Shown: positions 17,109 to 25,151 of the stretch, piece after piece
Numbering within the stretch: position 1 is the stretch's first letter
Layout: each line of letters starts with the position of its first letter
NCBI RefSeq assembly: GCF_001611555.1
Contig: NZ_LSGP01000020.1
Coordinates: 1-32,000, forward strand
Direction of reading: 5' to 3'
DNA from: Anaerosporomusa subterranea
GTDB taxonomy: Bacteria; Bacillota; Negativicutes; Sporomusales; Acetonemataceae
Length of the DNA: 32,000 nucleotides
Position numbers and translations under genes: made by a program
The notes under the pieces: model-generated
Told to the model about the DNA's origin: nothing
Seen by the model: only the letters and a program-made list of their open reading frames with translations
Databases searched by the model: none

Positions 17109-18167
17109 TCAACCAGTGCCTGTCGCTACCTCGTCCTCCAGCAAAGCGACAATCGAAAGATCCCGTCTTCTCTCTAAGTCGATGCTCATGCCATTCCTCA
17201 TTTGAACCACAGGCCGCGATGCTAAGACATCGTTGAGCATTACCACACGGGCTATATTGCCATCATTTAGCTCTACCAACGCGCCGACAAGGTGCTGACT
17301 GAGGCGCGAAGTGAAGGTCAGACAAAGTTGCGGATCTAGCTTCCCATACATTTCGCCCAAAATTGTCTCTACCGCCGTAAATGGCGGCAATTTCCGCCTG
17401 TATGCCCTATCGCTGGTCATTGCATCATAAAGGTCAGCAATGGCGATAATTTTACCGTACTCGCTGATATTGGTGCAATGCAGACCTAACGGGTAGCCAC
17501 TGCCGTCATCGCGTTCATGGTGCTGCAGGATGGCAAGTTTAACTGCAATTGAAACGCCATCTGAGCGATCGATCAATTGATATCCTTGTAGCGAGTGCCT
17601 GCGCATAATATCTATTTCTTCGTCTGTTAGCTTGGCTGGTTTATCCAAAATACTCTTAGAAATAAAGGCTTTGCCAACATCGTGCAACAGTCCGGCGAGC
17701 ATGATATCCTGCAGTTCTTGGCCCTTATAGCCTAACCATTTACCCAGAAGGCCAGCAATAATTGATACGTTCAGTGAGTGCCTGTACGTATACTCGCTGT
17801 GTCCTTTGACTCGATGCAGACTATTCACCACACCAGGGATATCAATCATGATTTCTATATATTTCCCGACTAATTCTTTGCATTCATCAACTGGAACCTC
17901 ATGAAATAATCTCACCTTCTCAAAGGTCTGACTAATGATCTCCAGAGTTTCAGTATAAACTTCGCTAAGAACCGGTTTCTCCAACCAATTCTTTTTCGGC
18001 ACGACTACATCCACTAGTGGGACCCGCCACGACCGTAAATATCGAATCATGTCGCCGGTCAGCATCGTGCCTTGCTCTAATAGAACCTGTCCGTCACCAG
18101 AAAGAACCGGTTGTGAAACAACCATTCCCGCAATAAGTTTATCAATCTGTATAGTTCGGTGGCTCAC
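17109..18167 (-). CDS. HD-GYP domain c-di-GMP phosphodiesterase with N-terminal DUF3391-like domain
   Basis: LLHDVGKAFISKSILDKPAKLTDEE...LQHHERDDGSGYP. GTG start lies 8 nt after GGAGGGGG. Confidence 0.9.
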   Translation of the reverse strand: MSHRTIQIDKLIAGMVVSQPVLSGDGQVLLEQGTMLTGDMIRYLRSWRVPLVDVVVPKKNWLEKPVLSEVYTETLEIISQTFEKVRLFHEVPVDECKELVGKYIEIMIDIPGVVNSLHRVKGHSEYTYRHSLNVSIIAGLLGKWLGYKGQELQDIMLAGLLHDVGKAFISKSILDKPAKLTDEEIDIMRRHSLQGYQLIDRSDGVSIAVKLAILQHHERDDGSGYPLGLHCTNISEYGKIIAIADLYDAMTSDRAYRRKLPPFTAVETILGEMYGKLDPQLCLTFTSRLSQHLVGALVELNDGNIARVVMLNDVLASRPVVQMRNGMSIDLERRRDLSIVALLEDEVATGTG

Positions 18168-18318
18168 AAGCAGTCCCCCTCCAGCGCTGCAAACATAACG
18201 ATGGATGTGTCACTATTCTTTCTTTACCGCTTTTACCTTCTTTCGCCATTATTTTTCAAATTCCTCCATAATTAACCAGTACAAAAGTCCTAAAAGTCTC
18301 ATTATTCTTTCATTGAGT

Positions 18319-18366
18319 AAAAAGAAACAGGAAGAATACCCTGACGGCTTCTTCCTGTTTCTTTTT
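18319..18366. terminator. bidirectional terminator downstream of iadA
   Basis: 14-bp stem AGAAACAGGAAGAA (18323-18336) / TTCTTCCTGTTTCT (18349-18362), flanked by an A-run and a T-run. Confidence 0.8.
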
Positions 18367-18384
18367 ACTATTGCCTGTAATAGA

Positions 18385-19560
18385 TTACTCAAACGTTCCC
18401 TTCTTGATGACTACGCCATTTTCCATCATCCTAACACCCTTAGCAAAAACCATGTCAACGTCCAGCTTATCATTTAGCACAACTAGGTCTGCATGGCTGT
18501 CAATCGCAATGGCTCCCTTCAGTGGATACAGACCGAGCAAAGCTGCAGTATTTGTAGAAACCGTATGTAATGCCCGGGTCAGGTCAAGGCCATCCTGCAA
18601 CACCAGATCCTTAAATTCTTTATGAATCGAGTCAAGAGTAGTGACCAGGAGGCGCTCTACTTTCCCTGCCTCGTTGTACACAGCCATGCTACCGTTACCG
18701 TCAGAGCTCATGGTTATCCGGTTGAGCGGAACTCCCTTATCCAGGCATTCGATCACAGCCCGACTGGGTTTGACCGTTCCGGTAAATCCATTTTGCGGAC
18801 TGACGCCTGCCGTCATATCAATATAGCCGCCAAGCTTGGCAAACTCCATTGCCTCGTCCAGCAACTCCCGTTTCCGATTAATATGAGTCGGGTAAAAATG
18901 CCGAGCGGGAATTTCACTGGTTTCGACGGCTTCAACGATCTTACTCAGACCATCTTTACCGCTGCCCATATGGAAGTGGGCGATCCCTGGCTTACCGCTG
19001 AGCATGCCGCCGAGGCGGGCTTCAGTCGCCAATCGTTTTAGTTCCTGGACTGTGGGTTCGGAGGAACGGTGATCAGACACCGCCACCTCGCCAACGCCGA
19101 CGATTTTATCAATGATAATGATATCGCGTCTAACACTGCCGGTTATGTTCAAAGGCGGCAGTTCATACGAGCCTGTGAACATATAGGTTGTAACGCCCTC
19201 GGTCTCCAGTCCTCTGGCCTTGGCTAGCAGTGACTCCAAATGTCTTGTCGTGCCATCAGTTCCCAGGACTCCCACCAGGGTCGTAATGCCTGAGCTAATT
19301 ATCCCTGACAGCATGATTTCAGGAACCCGGCTGTAAAAGCCCGCCTCACCACCGCCGCCGATCATGTGAACATGTGGATCAATGAACCCCGGAACAACCT
19401 TTCTGCCTTCAACGTCGATAAATTCAACCTGAAATACGCCGCTGCAAATGTCAATCCGGGGCGCGATTCTGGCAATCCTGTCCCCGATAATCAGTATGTC
19501 ATTATGGCCTATATGCTCTGGCGTATAGACGTCACAGTTTTTTAACAGAGTGAACAACAT
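18385..19560 (-). CDS. iadA: isoaspartyl dipeptidase (beta-aspartyl peptidase)
   Basis: Amidohydrolase fold with GFIDPHVHMIGGGGEAGF, LVGVLGTDG..R and HFHMG. The ATG at 19560 is preferred, 8 nt after GGGAGG. The 40-codon extension in the longest ORF has no support. Confidence 0.88.
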   Translation of the reverse strand: MLFTLLKNCDVYTPEHIGHNDILIIGDRIARIAPRIDICSGVFQVEFIDVEGRKVVPGFIDPHVHMIGGGGEAGFYSRVPEIMLSGIISSGITTLVGVLGTDGTTRHLESLLAKARGLETEGVTTYMFTGSYELPPLNITGSVRRDIIIIDKIVGVGEVAVSDHRSSEPTVQELKRLATEARLGGMLSGKPGIAHFHMGSGKDGLSKIVEAVETSEIPARHFYPTHINRKRELLDEAMEFAKLGGYIDMTAGVSPQNGFTGTVKPSRAVIECLDKGVPLNRITMSSDGNGSMAVYNEAGKVERLLVTTLDSIHKEFKDLVLQDGLDLTRALHTVSTNTAALLGLYPLKGAIAIDSHADLVVLNDKLDVDMVFAKGVRMMENGVVIKKGTFE

Positions 19561-19619
19561 CAGCCTAGCCTCCCTAAAACCAAAGAATACGTAACCGCGG
19601 AGTATGCAGAGCCTAATCC

Positions 19620-20099
19620 CTAAAAGAACATCATCAAAGCCTTCATTACCCACATGCAAAGCAGTGAATTGATTACACAAATGAGAGTAATCCCTGTGTA
19701 GTATTTTGTATCAACTTCCGCCGTTCCCAGGCAGCGACCTACATTTTGCACCGGATTGCCCATGATGTAAATTGCCGGCAGCAAAGCGGTAACATCTGCC
19801 GGAGTTAATATTCCTGTTGTGTACAGACTGGCAGCAACGCCAACACCGCCGCCCATGCTCATAAAGGCCGCTACCAGCACTGTTGCCGCCTGGCCAGGCA
19901 TACCCCAAAGCGCCATGATGGGGCCAAATGCCCTGCCGATGAGATCCAACAGACCTGATACCTGCAATGCCTTAATAAAGATAAACGCCATCACCACATT
20001 GGGCAGTAAGTTTGTGGTGGCAATGTTGAAGCCACGCCGGGCTCCATCGACAAACATATCGAGTACATTCTTCTTGACAGTTACATTTGTTGTTGACAT
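19620..20099 (-). CDS. yjiG: YjiG/SpmB-like nucleoside-recognition-domain membrane protein
   Basis: 160-aa polytopic protein placed between a YjiH-like gene and iadA, matching the E. coli yjiH-yjiG-iadA order. The ATG at 20099 lies 6 nt after AGGAGGTG. Confidence 0.7.
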   Translation of the reverse strand: MSTTNVTVKKNVLDMFVDGARRGFNIATTNLLPNVVMAFIFIKALQVSGLLDLIGRAFGPIMALWGMPGQAATVLVAAFMSMGGGVGVAASLYTTGILTPADVTALLPAIYIMGNPVQNVGRCLGTAEVDTKYYTGITLICVINSLLCMWVMKALMMFF

Positions 20100-20111
20100 A
20101 GTCGCCACCTC

Positions 20112-20783
20112 CTATTTCCCTACCCCTATGGTATTTACTGTCTCACGCTTCTGCATGGCCTTAATGTAGAACCGAACCATATTTGCGCCCAGTATTTTAA
20201 AGAAAAACATCATCACTAATGGCAACAGAATGGGCACAGTGATGAAGCCAAACAGAGCAACGCCAGAAGAGAAGTAGTTAGTAACCGTCGCACTGGCGCT
20301 GATTTGATAAGTTGCGAAGATGGTGCGCTCGTTGTCAGTGATCTCGCCGCGCTCCACCAATTCCTTGATCATGCCTGCACCAGCATCAGTGCTTTGAAGG
20401 TTGGCGATTAGCGCCAGACCGCAGACCCCGGGAATACCCAGTAGCGGCTTTAGCAACGGAGTCATCAATTTCTGCGCTACCCGCAATCCGCCCAGACCGT
20501 CGACAACAGCGATAACGCCCAGCGCGAAGATGACTGGAGGCATCAGTTCCAGCGAAAACATAAAGCCATCGCGCGCCCCACCGCCACCGGTTCCGCGGAA
20601 AGTAAATATCTTGCCAGCCTCGCCGGTAATCTTTCCATATGCACCATTAAGTACACTAAAGTCCAGAACCTGTGTCCAGTCTTTGGCTGAGGCAAATACG
20701 CCTGAGAAAAATACAATAGCAAATAAAAATGCTGCATAACTTACCCAACTAATTTGAGTGGATTGAGTTTCCTTTCCCTGCAT
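20112..20783 (-). CDS. yjiH: YjiH/SpmA-like nucleoside-recognition-domain membrane protein
   Basis: 223-aa polytopic protein, first gene of the iadA operon. RBS GGGAGA. Confidence 0.7.
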   Translation of the reverse strand: MQGKETQSTQISWVSYAAFLFAIVFFSGVFASAKDWTQVLDFSVLNGAYGKITGEAGKIFTFRGTGGGGARDGFMFSLELMPPVIFALGVIAVVDGLGGLRVAQKLMTPLLKPLLGIPGVCGLALIANLQSTDAGAGMIKELVERGEITDNERTIFATYQISASATVTNYFSSGVALFGFITVPILLPLVMMFFFKILGANMVRFYIKAMQKRETVNTIGVGK

Positions 20784-20900
20784 AAAATCTCATCTCCCTT
20801 TATGATCTTGTCTCCCAGATCTCCCAGCCGGTTAGGTCCAAACAAAAAAACAACCACCTCCATTGGAACAATGTCCGGCGGAACAGTATCTCGCAGCATC

Positions 20901-20929
20901 ATTGTACTACCATATTTGCCCATATTCAA
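20901..20929 (-). promoter_or_regulatory. candidate sigma-A promoter of yjiH-yjiG-iadA
   Basis: Minus strand: TTGAAT (20929..20924), 17 nt, TACAAT (20906..20901). This implies a leader of about 110 nt. Confidence 0.35.
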
Positions 20930-21147
20930 TAACATCTTGTCAACATAATCGGACAAATCCGCTCCCCACTCATAGAGGATGGCCTCTAGAAGACAGTTTC
21001 CCATCGGAAAATTCGCTATGTCGAGAGCCTAGCGTTCCAATTGCGAAGCAGCTCCCGACAGTTACAGGAATTTTCACAGTGCAAACGAATATACAAAGAC
21101 AAACGGCCGTCATCGAATACGATAAACCCGGCAGTTCATTATTTATA

Positions 21148-21200
21148 ACAACAAGCGACAGGAACACATACTTGTCAGATGTGTTCCTGTCGCTTGTTGT
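21148..21200. repeat. perfect 22-bp inverted repeat (hairpin), possible terminator of the small ORF
   Basis: ACAACAAGCGACAGGAACACAT (21148-21169), 9-nt loop, ATGTGTTCCTGTCGCTTGTTGT (21179-21200). There is no clean U-tract on either strand. Confidence 0.6.
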
Positions 21201-21220
21201 CTAAGCTATTGAAGCCGCTG

Positions 21221-21391
21221 CTACGCATTTCTTTTATTTGTATTTAGTTTTCCCTTTTCAATTGGCGTAAACTTGGTTCCGGCGGAATCCTGCTCTTTTT
21301 TCTTTCTTCGGTCTTGGGATAACTGGGAGTTGCGTCTAGAGATAGACAACACTTTTTGAACCGGAATTATTCTATTAATCATCATATCCAT
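21221..21391 (-). CDS. hypothetical small, highly basic protein (56 aa)
   Basis: Below the 60-aa cutoff of the ORF track. Sequence: MDMMINRIIPVQKVLSISRRNSQLSQDRRKKKEQDSAGTKFTPIEKGKLNTNKRNA. AAGGAGG (21407..21401) lies 9 nt upstream of the ATG, and TATAAT lies about 25 nt further upstream. The hairpin starts 20 nt after the stop. Confidence 0.4.
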   Translation of the reverse strand: MDMMINRIIPVQKVLSISRRNSQLSQDRRKKKEQDSAGTKFTPIEKGKLNTNKRNA

Positions 21392-21580
21392 AGTATCATC
21401 CTCCTTAGAAAATATCCCTCATTATAGTATCGTTAGAAACCGTCATAATCTTTAGTTTAATCCCACCGTGTTTAGAACAAGGATGTTTTTCGCGATTCTT
21501 TTTTTGCAGGATTAGCCTCGCTGCAGAGCGAACCCTCATTTAGACATATAATGCGGGTTAACTTGAATGGAGGATCTTTC

Positions 21581-22534
21581 GTGAAAAAGCTGTTAACTAT
21601 CTGCTTAGTCATTACCGCAACATTTGTACTTGCCGCCTGCTCGGTAAACAAGAACGACACGACTGTGCAAAAGCCTGAGCAACTACAGACGATTACCCTG
21701 GGAATTCTGCCAGACGTTGATTCGATTCCGTTTATTATCGCCCAAGAGAAGGGATTCTTTCGCGAACAGGGACTAACAGTCAAGCTACAGTCGTTTAAAA
21801 GCGCCATGGACCGCGATAGCGCCCTGCAAAGCGGCAATCTGGACGGCGCGGTTTCTGACATATTAGCTGCAGCGTTTGCTAAAGAAGGCGGTTTTAGCAC
21901 AGTCATTACTTCACTAACCAACGGCAGCTACAAATTGATTATCCACAAAGATGTCAGCGCCGCCTCAATTAAAGACCTAAAAGGCAAGGATGTCGGGATT
22001 TCCAAGAATACAATTATCGAATATGTGACAGATAAGATGCTGACAGAGGCTGGGTTAACCTCAGGCGATATTAATAAAGCAATCATTCCCCAGATGCCTG
22101 CCCGCTTGGAAATGCTAAAGAATGGCAAGATTGCTGCCGCCACGCTGCCAGAGCCGTTAGCCACTATCGCTGTCAATAACGGTGCTAAGATTCTTAATAG
22201 TTCTGACAAACTCGGAGTAAATCCCGGCGTCTTGTTGTTTACCGCCAAGTCGACCAAAGAAAAGAGCAAAGAAATCCAGGCCATGTACCAGGCCTACAAT
22301 AAAGCAGTTGACTACCTGTCACGTGAACCAGCGGCAAACTATATTGATCTGCTGATTGAAAAAGGCGGCTTCCCGAAGGAAGTAAAGGGCAATATTGTAT
22401 TGCCTGCTTATACCAAAGCAACAGCGCCTGCACCGAAAGAAATCGAATCAGTGGTAGAGTGGCTGCAGACCAAGCAATTAATCAAAAAAGCCTATACATA
22501 TCAAGACTTAGTTGACACTGGCTTTGTCCGGTAA
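21581..22534 (+). CDS. ABC transporter substrate-binding lipoprotein (NMT1/THI5-like, NitT/TauT family)
   Basis: Lipobox FVLAAC. A periplasmic-binding type 2 pattern typical of SsuA/TauA/ThiY-like proteins. The GTG at 21581 lies 7 nt after GGAGG. Confidence 0.8.
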   Translation: MKKLLTICLVITATFVLAACSVNKNDTTVQKPEQLQTITLGILPDVDSIPFIIAQEKGFFREQGLTVKLQSFKSAMDRDSALQSGNLDGAVSDILAAAFAKEGGFSTVITSLTNGSYKLIIHKDVSAASIKDLKGKDVGISKNTIIEYVTDKMLTEAGLTSGDINKAIIPQMPARLEMLKNGKIAAATLPEPLATIAVNNGAKILNSSDKLGVNPGVLLFTAKSTKEKSKEIQAMYQAYNKAVDYLSREPAANYIDLLIEKGGFPKEVKGNIVLPAYTKATAPAPKEIESVVEWLQTKQLIKKAYTYQDLVDTGFVR

Positions 22535-22540
22535 TCTAAT

Positions 22541-23293
22541 ATGATCACAATCAAGAACTTGTCTGTGAGCTATGGATTAGCACCCGAACAATATGAAGCA
22601 TTGCGGCATATTTCGCTTGAGCTGGCAGGGGGGGAGACCTGTGCCATTGTCGGCCCTTCCGGTTGCGGCAAATCCACCCTGCTACGGGTGTTGGCAGGCA
22701 TCATTACCGATTTCAGCGGTGCGGTAGCAATTAACGGCCAGCCAATTACGCCCCACCAACAAAGGATTGGCTTCATTCCGCAAAATTACGGCCTGTTACC
22801 TTGGAAAAATGTTGCGCAGAATATCCTGCTTGGGGTGAAAATCAAGAGCAGGCAGGCTGCAGATGATACAGAGGCTCTATCAGTCCTGCTGCAGCAACTA
22901 GGCCTGAAAGGGCTAGAAAACCGCTATCCGGGTGAATTGAGTGGCGGTCAGCAACAACGGGTTGCCTTAGCCCGTTCCTTTCTTTTAAAGCCTGATTTGC
23001 TGCTGATGGATGAGCCATTTTCCGCCCTTGATGCCATCACCCGGGAGGAAATACAGGCTGTATTCCTCAATGCCTGGCGGCAACGTCCGGTTTCTACCGT
23101 TCTCGTTACCCACCATGTAGAGGAAGCCGTTTATCTCGGCCGAAAAATCGTGATTCTCACCGGCAGGCCTGGATTCCTTAACACAGTCATCGAAAATCCC
23201 TTATTTGGCGTGTCAGACATCCGTTCTAGCCGTGACTTCTTTCAATTGTGTCTTGAGTTGCGGAAGAAGTTGAAGGAGGAGTGGACACTATGA
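22541..23293 (+). CDS. ABC transporter ATP-binding protein (NitT/TauT family)
   Basis: Walker A GPSGCGKST, Q-loop, signature LSGGQQQRV, Walker B LLLMDEPFSALD, H-loop VTHH. Confidence 0.93.
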   Translation: MITIKNLSVSYGLAPEQYEALRHISLELAGGETCAIVGPSGCGKSTLLRVLAGIITDFSGAVAINGQPITPHQQRIGFIPQNYGLLPWKNVAQNILLGVKIKSRQAADDTEALSVLLQQLGLKGLENRYPGELSGGQQQRVALARSFLLKPDLLLMDEPFSALDAITREEIQAVFLNAWRQRPVSTVLVTHHVEEAVYLGRKIVILTGRPGFLNTVIENPLFGVSDIRSSRDFFQLCLELRKKLKEEWTL

Positions 23294-24033
23294 CAGCAAA
23301 GGGCATCAGGGCATATTTATATGGTTTTGTGATGTTTCTGGTTCTATGGCAGGCTGTCGCCAGCATGCTGAAGCTACCCATTATCCCTTCACCCGCCACT
23401 GTCATGCTGACGCTGTCGCAGATCTTCTATTCTCACATCGCTGTTCACAGCCTTTTTAGCCTGTGGCGCATTGCTGCCGGGGTTATCTTGTCAGTCATTA
23501 TTGGCATCCCCATTGGACTGTGCATGGGCTACTTTAGCCGCTGGGACAAGGCGTTATCGCCGATTATCTACCTCAGCTATCCGATCCCCAAAATTGCTCT
23601 GCTTCCAATAATCATGCTACTATTTGGCCTAGGCGACTTGTCAAAAATCTTCATGATCTTCTTGATCATTATCTTTCAAGTCATTGTCGCGGTAAGAGAC
23701 AGTGTTAAAAGCATCCCCAAAGAAACCTATTATCCCTTGTACTCTCTCGGTGCAGGTTTTGCCGATATACTGCGCGAAATTCTCATCCCGGCTTCACTGC
23801 CAAAGTTTCTCACCGCCTTGCGCATTGCCATGGCCACCGCCATATCGGTCCTGTTCTTCACAGAAACCTTTGGCACAGAATATGGAATGGGATTTTTCAT
23901 TATGGATGCCTGGATGCGGGTGAACTATTTAGAAATGTATTCAGGTATTATTGTCTTAAGCTGTATCGGCCTGATGCTATTTGTTACTATTGATTGGCTG
24001 GAAAGAAGGCTCTGCCACTGGCAGTATCGTTGA
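23290..24033 (+). CDS. ABC transporter permease (NitT/TauT family)
   Basis: Six hydrophobic helices, a BPD-transporter EAA-like loop, and an ATGA start/stop overlap with the ATPase gene. RBS GGAGGAG. Confidence 0.88.
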   Translation: MTAKGIRAYLYGFVMFLVLWQAVASMLKLPIIPSPATVMLTLSQIFYSHIAVHSLFSLWRIAAGVILSVIIGIPIGLCMGYFSRWDKALSPIIYLSYPIPKIALLPIIMLLFGLGDLSKIFMIFLIIIFQVIVAVRDSVKSIPKETYYPLYSLGAGFADILREILIPASLPKFLTALRIAMATAISVLFFTETFGTEYGMGFFIMDAWMRVNYLEMYSGIIVLSCIGLMLFVTIDWLERRLCHWQYR

Positions 24034-24046
24034 AATCCCCATAGCG

Positions 24047-24075
24047 TTTACATGTGCTCGTGCATATGCTATGAT
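24047..24075 (+). promoter_or_regulatory. sigma-A type promoter of the CDF gene leader
   Basis: TTTACA (24047-24052), 17 nt, TATGAT (24070-24075). This implies a leader of about 150 nt. Confidence 0.5.
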
Positions 24076-24099
24076 ATATGGTATAAACGAACTATCTAG

Positions 24100-24210
24100 C
24101 TTAATAGATAACTCGTCAGATCGTCACGACTCAAGTCGGGCGATTGGGCCTTATAGGGCAATGGTTGAAACCATGGGACAGTCTTTTATGATTGTGTCAT
24201 GGCTTTTTTA
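24100..24210 (+). promoter_or_regulatory. candidate NiCo (czcD-motif) metal riboswitch with intrinsic terminator
   Basis: A run of GGGCG, GGGC, GGGCA and GGGACAG elements (24137-24183) and the hairpin ATGGTT-GAA-AACCAT. The terminator CCATGGGACA (24171-24180) / TGTGTCATGG (24193-24202) plus CTTTTTT overlaps the GGGACAG element. A CDF efflux gene lies directly downstream. Confidence 0.45.
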
Positions 24211-24231
24211 TATGCCAAGGAGGGAGCAAAC

Positions 24232-25119
24232 ATGCCTCAGAACTCCGTAAGACAAGTGAAGAAAGTGCTCTGGCTGATTCTTGCCGCCAATTTGCTTGTC
24301 GCGGTAACAAAAATATTCATCGGCAATAGCATTCAAAGCACCAGCATGACGGCAGACGGCTATCATTCTTTAACCGACGGCGTATCGAATGTTGTCGGAC
24401 TAATTGGTATTGCTTTCGCCGCTAAGCCAGTCGATTCAGACCACCCCTATGGACATAAAAAATTTGAATTCCTTACCGGTCTGTTCATTGGTGGCATGCT
24501 GCTAGTGATCACAACTAACATCATACTGGAGGCAATTGCTAAGATCCTCGAGCCTGTTACCCCGCAATTCGGCGCCGACACCATTGCAGCACTGGTCGCA
24601 ACCCTGGTTATCAATGTTATTGTTAGCGTATATGAATACAGGCAGGGCCAGCGTCTGAACAGTTATATCTTAATTGCAGATTCCTTGCATACGCGAAGTG
24701 ATATCTATGTTTCGCTGGGAGTATTGCTGACGTTACTCGGCATTAAACTAGGAGCGCCGCCGTTGCTTGACCCGATAGCCTCAATCATTGTCGCCGGCTT
24801 TATCGCCCACGCCGCACTCGAAATCATAAAGTCTACCAGCGATATACTAGTAGACAGGGCTGCGGTAGATTTAGTTTTGATTGAAAGTGTCACGATGACC
24901 TTTTCGCAAGTGAAGGATGTCCACGGAATACGAAGCCGGGGCAGCGAAAGCGCCCTGTTCATTGATATGCATATCGAAATTGATCCGTTGATGAGCATAG
25001 AGGAGGCTCACGAGCTTGTGCATCAGATCGAAGAAAAACTAAAAGAAGAAATTAATCCTACTATTCAGGCGTTGATTCACACTGAACCGTATAAGGGGCT
25101 GCCGGGAATAACAAAATAA
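24232..25119 (+). CDS. cation diffusion facilitator (CDF) family metal efflux transporter
   Basis: Six-TM domain with HSLTDG (TM2) and HTRSD (TM5) metal-site motifs, plus a C-terminal cytoplasmic ZT-dimer domain. AGGAGGGAG lies 6 nt upstream of the ATG at 24232. Confidence 0.9.
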   Translation: MPQNSVRQVKKVLWLILAANLLVAVTKIFIGNSIQSTSMTADGYHSLTDGVSNVVGLIGIAFAAKPVDSDHPYGHKKFEFLTGLFIGGMLLVITTNIILEAIAKILEPVTPQFGADTIAALVATLVINVIVSVYEYRQGQRLNSYILIADSLHTRSDIYVSLGVLLTLLGIKLGAPPLLDPIASIIVAGFIAHAALEIIKSTSDILVDRAAVDLVLIESVTMTFSQVKDVHGIRSRGSESALFIDMHIEIDPLMSIEEAHELVHQIEEKLKEEINPTIQALIHTEPYKGLPGITK

Positions 25120-25120
25120 A

Positions 25121-25150
25121 AAGAAGCTCGCGCCGTAACGCGAGCTTCTT
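25121..25150. terminator. bidirectional terminator between convergent CDF and oxidase genes
   Basis: AAGAAGCTCGCG (25121-25132) / CGCGAGCTTCTT (25139-25150) with a 6-nt loop. Confidence 0.8.
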
Positions 25151-25151
25151 C

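Noticed and set aside
18205-18477. 90-aa + strand ORF in the spacer between the third HD-GYP gene and iadA.
   Set aside because: It runs through the bidirectional terminator hairpin (18323-18362) and into the iadA 3' end. It has no RBS, and its translation is Phe/Ser/Leu-rich junk.
20741-21004. 87-aa minus-strand ORF upstream of yjiH and overlapping it by 43 nt.
   Set aside because: No RBS precedes its ATG. The best candidate promoter for yjiH (20901-20929) lies inside it, and its sequence has no recognisable motif. It is more likely untranslated leader, although conservation analysis could revive it.
21408-21580. Possible TPP (THI-box) or guanidine-I (ykkC) riboswitch next to the NMT1/THI5-like ABC transporter.
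   Set aside because: No CUGAGA...ACCUGAUCUGGAUAAUGCCAGCG-type THI-box elements are present. On the minus strand, GAGGGTTC and ACACGGTGGGATTAAA loosely recall ykkC. However, the essential GGUCCGAGAG and the GCCCGGGAGA P3 partner are absent, and the orientation and position do not fit either flanking gene.
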